From: Vicinamibacterales bacterium
GTDB taxonomy: Bacteria; Acidobacteriota; Vicinamibacteria; Vicinamibacterales; 2-12-FULL-66-21
Direction: 5' to 3'
Length of the DNA stretch: 64,000 bases
Assembly: GCA_035491715.1 (NCBI GenBank)
Contig: DATJKH010000045.1
Span: forward strand, 11,993 to 75,992
Shown: piece by piece, positions 1-8,370 of the stretch
Layout: every line of letters starts with the position of its first letter
How positions within the stretch are numbered: position 1 is the stretch's first letter
The notes under the pieces: model-generated
The model's input: only the letters and a program-made list of their open reading frames with translations
Told to the model about the DNA's origin: nothing
The model's database searches: none
Program-made: the position numbers and the translations under genes

Positions 1-382
1 AGGGTGGGAATAGCAGGCTGACGATCTTCGATCCGCCGGGCAGATAAATCGCTTCACCGACACCGAGCAGCATGCGAAAAACAATCAGCATGCCGAGACC
101 GGTTGCCAGTCCCATCAATCCCTGCGACACCGACCACAGCGTGAATGCGGCGGCGTAGAGCCAGCGAAGGTTCACGCGATCGGCAAGCACCCCCATTGGA
201 ATCTGCAGCAACGCGTAGGACCAGAAAAACGCCGACAGCAACACGCCTTTTGCTTCCGGTCCGAGTTGCAGTTCCTTGGAGATGAGCGGCAGCGCGAAGG
301 AGATCGTCGCGCGATCGAAGTAATTAATGAGTGACGCGGTGAAGAGCAACCCGACGATGGACCAGCGTCGGGCGTTGGTCAT
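1..382 (-). CDS. MFS transporter, N-terminal part (continues beyond window start)
   Basis: Manual minus-strand translation from ATG at 382: MTNARRWSIVGLLFTASLINYFDRATISFALPLISKELQL...GVLADRVNLRWLY...FRMLLGVGEA. This is a typical MFS TM1-TM3 region with a D-R-x-x-R-like loop. Absent from the ORF track because it has no stop in the window. Confidence 0.8.
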   Translation of the reverse strand, partial: MTNARRWSIVGLLFTASLINYFDRATISFALPLISKELQLGPEAKGVLLSAFFWSYALLQIPMGVLADRVNLRWLYAAAFTLWSVSQGLMGLATGLGMLIVFRMLLGVGEAIYLPGGSKIVSLLFPP

Positions 383-713
383 CCGGATGGCGACGTCTGA
401 TGAAAACGGAGCGGACGCTGCCTGACTCGCTGGCGAGGTGGACACGCGCGAGGAGACTACTCCGGGCGCCACTGGGAAGGCAAACCGCCGTGGATACGCG
501 TCGGGATCCGTGGTCCGAGGTGCTTTTGCAGGAGAATCAAGCAATTCCCCGGTTTTCCGGGCACTCCGGATCCCGCCAAACGGATCCCCGACAGGCGGTA
601 GTCCCTACGGTTGAGTTCGGCCGACCGACCGCGGTAATAATAACCTCCCCCTGAATGGGAACGTGTGATGCGGCGACCGTTGGCGCCGCATCCCAAGACG
701 GAGGTTAGAACCA

Positions 714-1934
714 ATGATGGGGAAGGACGTGCTTGAGGCGGTTACAGCGGATGCCCGCGTAAACATCGCACCATATCCATCGACGCGATTCGATCGGTGG
801 GCGCTGAAACGCATCCAGAAATTTGTTGAGACGGCGCCTATCCGCTTCGTGCTGTGGGACGGCTTTGAGCTGCCCGCGCCGTCTGGTGCTCCCGTCGCGA
901 CCATGCTGTTCAAGGAGCGCTCGGCGTTATACGGCTGGATGTGGGATCCCGAACTGAACTTCGGCGAAACCTACATGTCGGGACTCGTTGAGATCCAGGG
1001 AGATCTCCTGGGGCTCCTCGAAGCGATCTACCGCGTGTTCACCCGGCCTCGGCGGCCGTGGTACCTCTGGCAGAAATCCAACGACACGCAGGCGGCGATG
1101 GAGAACGTTCATCATCATTACGACATCGGCAACGATTTTTATCGACTGTGGCTCGACGAGGAAATGGTTTACACGTGCGCGTATTTTCCGACGCCTGAGA
1201 CCAGTCTCGAGGAAGCGCAATTCGCCAAGCTCGATCTGGTGTGCCGCAAACTTCAGTTGAAACCGGGCGAACGGGTGATTGAGGCCGGTTGCGGGTGGGG
1301 TTCACTCGCGCTGTTCATGGCGCGCCGTTGCGGCGTAACGGTGCGCGCCTTCAACATCTCGTCGGAGCAGATCGCCTACGCGCGCCAGCGAGCGGCCGCC
1401 GAAGGACTCTCCGATAGGGTTGAGTTCGTCCAGGACGATTACCGCCATGTGCAGGGCACCTGTGACGCCTTCGTCTCGGTAGGCATGCTCGAACACGTTG
1501 GCGCAGCGGACTACGCAACACTGGGGCGTGTCATCGATCGAACTCTGTCGCCCAACGGTCGTGGATTTCTGCACTTCATCGGTCGCGATCGACCAATGCC
1601 GCTCAGTCCGTGGATTCGGAAGCGCATCTTCCCGGGTGCGTACGCCCCGACATTGCCCGAGGTGTTCGAACAGGTACTCGAGCCGTATGCGTTCTCCGTG
1701 CTCGACGTTCACAACCTTCGCTGGCATTATGCGAAAACGCTGGAGCACTGGGCTCGTCGTTTTGAAGATGCGAGCCGCCAGGTGCAGTCGATGTTCGATG
1801 CCCAGTTCGTCCGGGCGTGGCGTCTGTACTTGACGGGCTCCCAGGCCTCGTTTTCGACTGGCTCGCTGCAGTTGTTCCAGGTGTTATTCGAGCGCGGCCA
1901 CAAGCCGGCTGCTCCCTTCACCCGTGCCAGCTGA
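714..1934 (+). CDS. Cyclopropane-fatty-acyl-phospholipid synthase family SAM-dependent methyltransferase
   Basis: 406 aa. Has the HHHYDIGNDFYRLWLDEEMVYTCAYF motif typical of CFA/mycolic-acid synthases and the SAM-binding VIEAGCGWGSLALFMA motif. Confidence 0.88.
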   Translation: MMGKDVLEAVTADARVNIAPYPSTRFDRWALKRIQKFVETAPIRFVLWDGFELPAPSGAPVATMLFKERSALYGWMWDPELNFGETYMSGLVEIQGDLLGLLEAIYRVFTRPRRPWYLWQKSNDTQAAMENVHHHYDIGNDFYRLWLDEEMVYTCAYFPTPETSLEEAQFAKLDLVCRKLQLKPGERVIEAGCGWGSLALFMARRCGVTVRAFNISSEQIAYARQRAAAEGLSDRVEFVQDDYRHVQGTCDAFVSVGMLEHVGAADYATLGRVIDRTLSPNGRGFLHFIGRDRPMPLSPWIRKRIFPGAYAPTLPEVFEQVLEPYAFSVLDVHNLRWHYAKTLEHWARRFEDASRQVQSMFDAQFVRAWRLYLTGSQASFSTGSLQLFQVLFERGHKPAAPFTRAS

Positions 1935-1949
1935 CGAGTAGGGCGCACA

Positions 1950-3074
1950 TTGGATAGGTGCGACGTTCTGATCGCCGGTGGTGGTCCTGCCGGATCCTCC
2001 TGTGCATGGAAGCTCCACCGCGCAGGTCTCGACGTCGTCGTCATGGACAAGGCGACGTTCCCTCGCGACAAAGTGTGCGCAGGCTGGATCACGCCGCAGG
2101 TGGTTGAGGATCTCGAGATCGACGTCGAGGACTATCGCCGGAGTCGAACATTTCAGCCGATCACTGGATTTCGTGTCGGCCTGATTGGTGCCGACACTGC
2201 GATCGGGGTGGCCTACGACACGCCGGTGAGCTTCGGCATTCGCCGCTGCGAGTTCGATCACTATCTGCTCGAGCGCGCCAGCGCGCGGCTGCGGCTCGGC
2301 CAGTCGGCGTCGACGATTCGTCGCGAGGGCGGTGACTGGATCGTCAACGACGCGATCAGCACGAAGATGCTCGTCGGTGCCGGCGGGCACTTTTGCCCGG
2401 TGGCGCGGTTGATGAAGGATGGAAGTGAGGCAACGACGGTCATTGCCGCCCGGGAAGTGGAGTTTGCGATCGATCCCGATGACCGAGATGGGTTCGCGAT
2501 CGATCAAGAAGTGCCCGAGTTGTACTTTTGCCCGGACCTCAAGGGATACGGGTGGTGTTTCCGCAAACAAGGGTTCATGAATGTGGGCTTCGGACGCCTC
2601 GACTCTCGTGGCCTTCCAAAGCAGACTTCGGAATTTGTGGATTTCTTGAAGCGGACGCACCGTATTCGGGCTGATGGCGAGTGGCGCTGGCGTGGCCACG
2701 CGTATCTCCTCGCCGGAGACACAGGACGAAAGACGGTCGGCGACGGGGTCATGTTGATCGGCGACGCGGCCGGTCTCGCGTATCCACAAAGCGGGGAGGG
2801 GATCAGACCGGCTATCGAATCAGGATTGATGGCTGCGGCGACGATTGTTCGAGCTCAGGGGAACTACACGCGCAGTCGCCTCGAAACCTATACTGCTGGT
2901 CTCGACAGACGTTTTGGTTCGTCCCACCTTTCGCGTCTCCTGTCGGAGGTCATTCCGAACGGTCTTTCAATGACGGTCGCGCGCAAACTGTTGAACAGCC
3001 CGTGGTTCGTGCGTCACCTCGTCATCGATCGCTGGTTTCTTCACGCTCAGCAGCCCGCTTTGCTGCAGTCCTGA
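1950..3074 (+). CDS. FAD-dependent oxidoreductase, geranylgeranyl-reductase family
   Basis: 374 aa. N-terminal Rossmann motif [18 protein letters not shown]...[19 protein letters not shown] and C-terminal [20 protein letters not shown] start sits 5 codons before the GxGxxG motif. Confidence 0.8.
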   Translation: MDRCDVLIAGGGPAGSSCAWKLHRAGLDVVVMDKATFPRDKVCAGWITPQVVEDLEIDVEDYRRSRTFQPITGFRVGLIGADTAIGVAYDTPVSFGIRRCEFDHYLLERASARLRLGQSASTIRREGGDWIVNDAISTKMLVGAGGHFCPVARLMKDGSEATTVIAAREVEFAIDPDDRDGFAIDQEVPELYFCPDLKGYGWCFRKQGFMNVGFGRLDSRGLPKQTSEFVDFLKRTHRIRADGEWRWRGHAYLLAGDTGRKTVGDGVMLIGDAAGLAYPQSGEGIRPAIESGLMAAATIVRAQGNYTRSRLETYTAGLDRRFGSSHLSRLLSEVIPNGLSMTVARKLLNSPWFVRHLVIDRWFLHAQQPALLQS

Positions 3075-3247
3075 ACGGCCTGTCTCGCCGTAGCGCGCAG
3101 GGCGAAGGCGGATTTCAGTTTAACGACGGATGTCGATCCATCGTCGGGACGATCGACTATAAAGAGAAGAACTTGTCCCGCCGAAGCTGCGGCCTGTCCC
3201 GTAGCACGAAGTGCGAAGGTGGAAGCGCGAAGGCGGAAGGAGTGAGC

Positions 3248-4363
3248 ATGAGCGAGGTCAGAGTGTTGGTCGGCACGCGTAAGGGTGCATTTGTCCTTAC
3301 GGCGGACGGGAAACGCGATCGCTGGGACGTCAACGGGCCATTCTTCGGCGGATGGGAGCTGTATCACCTGAAAGGTTCGCCCGCCGACCCGAACCGGATT
3401 TATGCGTCGCAATCGTCAGGATGGTTCGGGCAGATGATCCAGCGCTCGAATGACGGCGGCAAAACCTGGGAGCCCGTGGGGAACAAGTTCGTCTACGACG
3501 GTGTGCCCGGGACCCATCAGTGGTACGACGGCACGCCGCATCCCTGGGAGTTCAAGCGAGTGTGGCACCTCGAACCATCGCTGACCGATCCGGATAGCGT
3601 ATATGCCGGTGTCGAGGACGCGGCACTATTTCGCACAACCGACGGTGGACAAACCTGGAGTGAAATGCCGGGCTTGCGCGGTCACGGTTCGGGGCCGCAT
3701 TGGGCCCCGGGAGCCGGCGGGCTCTGCCTGCACACGATTCTGCTGGATCCATCGAATGCGCAGCGCATGTTCATCGCGATTTCCGCGGCGGGCGCATTTC
3801 GCAGCGACGACGGCGGCACGACATGGAAGCCGATCAACCGTGGATTGCACTCACAATACATTCCGAATCCGACCGCAGAAGTCGGGCACTGCGTCCACCG
3901 GCTGGCAATGCATCGCTCGCGCCCTTCGACGCTCTTCATGCAGAAGCACTGGGATGTCATGCGAACCGATGACGCTGGCGAGCAATGGACAGAAGTGAGC
4001 GGCAATTTGCCGACCGACTTTGGCTTCGTCATCGACGTGCACGCCCACGAGCCCGAAACGATCTACGTCGTCCCGATCAAGAGCGACAGCGAGCATTACC
4101 CGATGGACGGAGCGCTCCGCGTCTATCGCAGCCGGAGCGGCGGCAACGAGTGGGAAGCGCTCACGAAAGGGCTGCCTCAGCAGAACTGCTACGTCAACGT
4201 GTTGCGCGATGCGATGTCGATCGACTCGCTCGACAAGTGCGGCGTCTATTTCGGTACGTCAGGTGGTCAGGTCTATGCATCGGCAGACGGCGGGGACAGT
4301 TGGAACGCTATTGTTCAGAATCTGCCTCCCGTAGTTTCGGTTGAGGTTCAGACGTTGTCGTAA
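3248..4363 (+). CDS. BNR/Asp-box repeat beta-propeller protein (sialidase-like fold), no signal peptide
   Basis: Trimmed from ORF 2681..4363 to the ATG at 3248, which is preceded by GGAAGGAG. Five Asp-boxes are present: [40 protein letters not shown]. The upstream 189 codons of the ORF are Arg-rich junk that overlaps the previous gene. Confidence 0.8.
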   Translation: MSEVRVLVGTRKGAFVLTADGKRDRWDVNGPFFGGWELYHLKGSPADPNRIYASQSSGWFGQMIQRSNDGGKTWEPVGNKFVYDGVPGTHQWYDGTPHPWEFKRVWHLEPSLTDPDSVYAGVEDAALFRTTDGGQTWSEMPGLRGHGSGPHWAPGAGGLCLHTILLDPSNAQRMFIAISAAGAFRSDDGGTTWKPINRGLHSQYIPNPTAEVGHCVHRLAMHRSRPSTLFMQKHWDVMRTDDAGEQWTEVSGNLPTDFGFVIDVHAHEPETIYVVPIKSDSEHYPMDGALRVYRSRSGGNEWEALTKGLPQQNCYVNVLRDAMSIDSLDKCGVYFGTSGGQVYASADGGDSWNAIVQNLPPVVSVEVQTLS

Positions 4364-4680
4364 TGTTGAGCAACGAGCATTCCATTCGAGTCGTCCTTCC
4401 AGCCCACTTGCGGACACTTGCACGGGTGGGAAATGACGAAGTGCAGGTGCAGCTGGCTGGGCCGCCAACACTGGGCGCGGTGCTCGACGCGATCGAAGCA
4501 TCGTACCCGGTACTGCGCGGGACGATTCGGGACTATGACACCGAGAAGCGCCGTCCATTCGTGCGCTTCTTTGCGTGCGAACAGGACCTGTCGCACGAGG
4601 CCCCGAACACGCCGCTCCCCGAGGCGGTAATCAAAGGCAAGGAACCGTTCCTCGTCGTGGGCGCGACGGCGGGAGGATGA
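4363..4680 (+). CDS. MoaD/ThiS-family ubiquitin-like beta-grasp protein with C-terminal Gly-Gly
   Basis: 105 aa ending ...LVVGATAGG followed by stop. Its ATG overlaps the TAA stop of the BNR gene (TAATG). Size and the GG terminus are typical of sulfur-carrier/ubiquitin-like proteins. Confidence 0.72.
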   Translation: MLSNEHSIRVVLPAHLRTLARVGNDEVQVQLAGPPTLGAVLDAIEASYPVLRGTIRDYDTEKRRPFVRFFACEQDLSHEAPNTPLPEAVIKGKEPFLVVGATAGG

Positions 4681-4688
4681 ACGAAACC

Positions 4689-7328
4689 TTACTCGGCCTT
4701 GAGTGCGGAGACTGGATCAGATACGGCCGCGCGCCGCGCGGGGAGATAACTCGCGAGCGACGCTATCAAGAGGAACACCAGCGCCATTCCTGCGAATGTC
4801 GCGAGGTCGAATGGGTCGACGTTAAACAAAAAGCCCTTGATCGCCTGAGCCGCTCCCGCGGCCAGAAGCAGGCCGATCGCGATGGCGAGAACCGCAAGCG
4901 TCAATCCTTCACGGACCACGATGCCGACGAGCGTCGCTCGTTGAGCGCCGAGCGCCAGCCGGATCCACATCTCGCGGGAACGCCGCTGCACGGAATACGC
5001 CATGATGCCGTAGAGTCCCACAACGGCGAGCAGCAATCCGACCGCTCCAAGAACTGCTGTCACGAGCGCTGCCACACGGTGTGGGAGAAGCACGATCGAA
5101 GTTGCGTCTTTCATTGAAGAAACCTTTGGCCGCGGCACCGCTGGATCGAGGGCAAGCACCAGCTGTTGAATCGCCGGTCCGATCGATTCCGCGTCCCCTT
5201 CGGTCCGCACGAGAAGCGACTGCGTGGGCTGCCACAACTGTGCGATCGGGAAATACGCAAACAGGGGGGTGCTCTCGCCGAGCGTCGAGTATTTCGCGTC
5301 ACCGACGATGCCGACGATGGTCGTTGGTTTGCCAAGGAATCTGAAAGTTCGGCCGATCACGAGTCGGTCGCTCGACAGATGCCGGGCCAGCGAATCATTC
5401 ACAATCGCGACGCGCGCACTCCGCTCATCATCGATCCCAACAAAGGCACGTCCCTGGAGCATGGGCATGCGCAACGTCGAAAAGTAATCCGCGTCGACGG
5501 CGGCGATTTGTACGCCGATCGTCGCGCCGCCGATGTCGATGTCTTCCGTCGTACTCCCACCGGTAAGCGGCAGTCTGGACACGTAAGACACATCGAGCAC
5601 GTCTGGCATCGACTGGATGCGTGACCGCAACGCCCTATAGAAGGCCCGCGCCCGAGGTTGGTCGTAGCCCCATGACTCCGCCTCGAACGACGTCGTCACG
5701 ACACGAGCCATCTGAAATCCAGGATCGATCTGCTGTCCGCGGACCAGCGACTGCGTGAAGAGCCCCGCTGAGACGAGGAGCACCAACGACAGCGAAAGCT
5801 GGCCGACAGTCAGCACCCGAAACAGCAGTGAGGGGCGCCATCGACCATCTCCGGCACCGTCGCGCAACTGCGCGGTGATGTCGAGGCGAGCCGCGCGCAA
5901 CGCTGGCGCGAGGCCGAAGATCACGCCGGCCGCAAGCGCGGTGACGATGGCAAATATCAACACACGCACATCGGGTGATAGCTCCATCAGAATGGGAAAA
6001 TTGACCGGGAGCTGCACCCGCTCCAAAGCGTTCGTCGCGAGGAAGGAAAGAACCCATCCGCCTAGAGCGCCGCATAGAAACAAGAGCAGGATTTCGGTCA
6101 GCACCTGTCGCGCCAGGCGCATTCTGCCCGCGCCGAGTGCCGCACGCATCGCCAGCTCGCGTGCGCGACCGATAGAACGCGCCGTGAGCATTGTTGCGAC
6201 GTTCACGCCTGCGATCAGCAGAACGACCGCCGCCGCGGCGAGCAGGACGCCCAGGAATCTGAGCACGATGACGCCCTCGCCGCCGGGCAGTCCCGTGAAA
6301 GGGAACACCCTCATGCTGCGAAATCCTGCAGGTCCTCTCGCCTCGCCACTCTCGCGTGCATGTGTCGTCATGAGAGCAGGGAATTCTGCCTGCGCGGACT
6401 CGATCGCCACGCGGTCTTTCAGCCGGCCAAAGATCCACAGCCATGAGGAGGTCGCCAGATCGGCGCGTGGCCGCAGCAACGGCTGCATCATGAGCGGCAC
6501 CCAGGCGTCGGCACGGACTCCGGTATAGATGCCGCGAAAGGTTCTCGGCGCAATCCCGATCAGGGTGAACGGATGACCGTTCACGAGAATCGAACGCCCA
6601 ACGACGTCCGGATTCCCGCCAAAACGGGCGGACCAGAACGCGTGCGATACGACAATCACGGGATGGGCGAGCGGTGTCCGATCTTCATCGCTCGAAAAGA
6701 ACCGGCCGAGGTATGGACGCACGTGCAGCGCATCGAAATAATTGGCGCTGACCAGGTTGCCCCAGACGATGGTTCCTTCGCTGGGACCGGCAATGGTCAG
6801 CGAGACCTTGCCCCACGCGGCGATCTCGCTCAGCGTTTCTGAACGGCCGCGCAGATAGCTAAAGTCGGCAAATGACCCCTGCTGAAGAATCAACCCGTCC
6901 GATCGGATGGGGCTCAGCGTCAGCAGCCGGTCCGCGCTCCCAACACCGGCCACCGGACGTAGGACAAGCGCGTTCATGGCGCTGAACACGGTCGTCACCG
7001 CTCCGCTGCCGAGCGAGACAACAATGATGACGACCATCGCGAAAGCCGGGCTTCGCCGCAACACACGCACGCCATAGCGCAGATCCGAGAGAGACGTGGC
7101 CACGAGGTTCTCCCAACCATAGTCACGAACCTCTTCAGCGACGACCGTCGGGTTGCCCATCTCGATGCGCGCGGCGCGTGTCGCATCTTCGTGAGACAGA
7201 CCGCGCGCGACATGTGCAGCCACGGTCTCCTCGTAGAAATGACGTACTTCGTCGTCAATCTGCTGTTTGGATGCGGTCCGCCTGGTCAGCGCTCCGAAGC
7301 CATGAGCCAGTTGACGCCACAGCGACAT
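4689..7328 (-). CDS. ABC transporter permease, duplicated FtsX/MacB-type (ADOP family orphan permease)
   Basis: 879 aa with two MacB-like periplasmic plus FtsX 4-TM halves. Located immediately downstream of a PadR gene. No ATPase gene is adjacent. Confidence 0.85.
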   Translation of the reverse strand: MSLWRQLAHGFGALTRRTASKQQIDDEVRHFYEETVAAHVARGLSHEDATRAARIEMGNPTVVAEEVRDYGWENLVATSLSDLRYGVRVLRRSPAFAMVVIIVVSLGSGAVTTVFSAMNALVLRPVAGVGSADRLLTLSPIRSDGLILQQGSFADFSYLRGRSETLSEIAAWGKVSLTIAGPSEGTIVWGNLVSANYFDALHVRPYLGRFFSSDEDRTPLAHPVIVVSHAFWSARFGGNPDVVGRSILVNGHPFTLIGIAPRTFRGIYTGVRADAWVPLMMQPLLRPRADLATSSWLWIFGRLKDRVAIESAQAEFPALMTTHARESGEARGPAGFRSMRVFPFTGLPGGEGVIVLRFLGVLLAAAAVVLLIAGVNVATMLTARSIGRARELAMRAALGAGRMRLARQVLTEILLLFLCGALGGWVLSFLATNALERVQLPVNFPILMELSPDVRVLIFAIVTALAAGVIFGLAPALRAARLDITAQLRDGAGDGRWRPSLLFRVLTVGQLSLSLVLLVSAGLFTQSLVRGQQIDPGFQMARVVTTSFEAESWGYDQPRARAFYRALRSRIQSMPDVLDVSYVSRLPLTGGSTTEDIDIGGATIGVQIAAVDADYFSTLRMPMLQGRAFVGIDDERSARVAIVNDSLARHLSSDRLVIGRTFRFLGKPTTIVGIVGDAKYSTLGESTPLFAYFPIAQLWQPTQSLLVRTEGDAESIGPAIQQLVLALDPAVPRPKVSSMKDATSIVLLPHRVAALVTAVLGAVGLLLAVVGLYGIMAYSVQRRSREMWIRLALGAQRATLVGIVVREGLTLAVLAIAIGLLLAAGAAQAIKGFLFNVDPFDLATFAGMALVFLLIASLASYLPARRAAVSDPVSALKAE

Positions 7329-7332
7329 CGAC

Positions 7333-7668
7333 TTAGCCCTCTGCTTTCAGCAATCGTGCGACAGCCGAGACCCGGCGGGACCAGTCAGCCGTTTCAACAT
7401 CGAGCTGTTTTCGACCAGCCCGCGTGAGCGTGTAGAACTTCGCGCGTCTGGCGTTCTCGGTCTGCCGCCATTCCGAGTCGAGCAGCCCGGCGCGCTCGAG
7501 GCGCTGAAACGCCGTCAGCAGCGATCCCGGGTTCACCTTGAACACGCCGCGTGAGACCTGTTCAATGCGTCGCGCGATGCCGAATCCGTGCATAGGCTCG
7601 AGGCTGAGTGTCTTCAAAATCAGCATGTCGAGCGTGCCCTGGATGACATCGGTATTGTGCGGGTCCAC
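7333..7668 (-). CDS. PadR family transcriptional regulator
   Basis: 111 aa. Winged-HTH sequence GTLDMLILKTLSLEPMHGFGIARRIEQVSRG...GSLLTAFQRLERAGLL...RRAKFYTLTRAGRKQL. Confidence 0.9.
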   Translation of the reverse strand: MDPHNTDVIQGTLDMLILKTLSLEPMHGFGIARRIEQVSRGVFKVNPGSLLTAFQRLERAGLLDSEWRQTENARRAKFYTLTRAGRKQLDVETADWSRRVSAVARLLKAEG

Positions 7669-7705
7669 GTCTCCTCCGATTTGAGCAGGAGTTTATCGGC
7701 CACTT

Positions 7706-7722
7706 ATCTTGATTGTCAAGAT
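7706..7722. promoter_or_regulatory. Candidate PadR operator, palindrome ATCTTG-N5-CAAGAT
   Basis: ATCTTGATTGTCAAGAT is a perfect 7+7 inverted repeat, 38-54 nt upstream of the PadR start (7668). A palindrome with the same half-sites and spacing occurs upstream of the second PadR gene (15099..15115). Confidence 0.55.
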
Positions 7723-7843
7723 GTGATTAACAAAGGGAACAAGGAAAAGGAAAGGGATACTCGAGTTAATAACCCAGCTGGAGACTGGAAACTGGAACTC
7801 AGATCGGCACGCCGCGTGCTTGAGCTGAGCTCAGGAGGCCACC

Positions 7844-8278
7844 ATGTTTCGAGCTCTGCTGCGTCTTGTCTTGATTCTGATCGTAATTGCGGCCGCAGCC
7901 GCGTTCTTCATGGGGTATCGCTTTGGCGATTATAGGAACGGCTCGACATCGGAACGGCCAGTGGCGACCACAGGCTCCGGACCGGCGATCGACACCACGA
8001 AGGCGCGCCAAACCGGTGCGGCGATTGGTGAGAAAGTTGCCGAGAGTGCCAACCGCGCCGAACACGCGCTCGGAGACGGCGCACTGACGGCAAAGATCAA
8101 GTCGAAGATGGCGCTCGACGACAGCGTCAAGTCGCTCAACATCGACGTCGATACCAATGCCGGCGTCGTCACATTGTCGGGAACCGTCCGCTCCCAGGCA
8201 GAAAAAACGCGGGCCCTTCAACTGGCGCGAGAGACGAGCGGCGTCAAATCGGTTGAGGATCGCCTGGTGATCCGGTAG
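7844..8278 (+). CDS. BON domain-containing protein with N-terminal membrane anchor
   Basis: 144 aa. N-terminal TM segment LLRLVLILIVIAAAAAFF, then a BON-like region LTAKIKSKMALDDSVKSLNIDVDTNAGVVTLSGTVRSQAEKTRALQLA. Confidence 0.8.
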   Translation: MFRALLRLVLILIVIAAAAAFFMGYRFGDYRNGSTSERPVATTGSGPAIDTTKARQTGAAIGEKVAESANRAEHALGDGALTAKIKSKMALDDSVKSLNIDVDTNAGVVTLSGTVRSQAEKTRALQLARETSGVKSVEDRLVIR

Positions 8279-8370
8279 GTAGTCAAGATCCTGTGGCTTC
8301 CGCCTTAGGCGGAAGGAGGCTGGTCCCATAGCGCTAGACAAAGCCTCGGCGGTTCGGTAGAACGGTTGGG

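Noticed and set aside
466-480. GCCACTGGGAAGGC, reminiscent of a conserved segment of cobalamin riboswitches.
   Set aside because: I could not find the other conserved parts (GGTG..AA..CC core, AGCCAGGAGACCTGCC-type B12 box). The flanking genes (MFS, CFA-synthase-like) are not B12-related either. An Infernal scan would settle it.
400-913. ORFs 400..654 (+), 457..714 (-) and 605..913 (-) in or around the first intergenic region.
   Set aside because: They are short and mutually overlapping, have Arg/Gly-rich composition and no SD. One overlaps the start of the CFA-synthase-like gene on the antisense strand.
2681-3247. N-terminal 189-codon extension of the BNR gene ORF (2681..4363).
   Set aside because: The extension overlaps the 3' end of the FAD oxidoreductase gene in another frame and is Arg-rich junk. 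A good SD plus ATG occurs at 3248, right before the first propeller blade.
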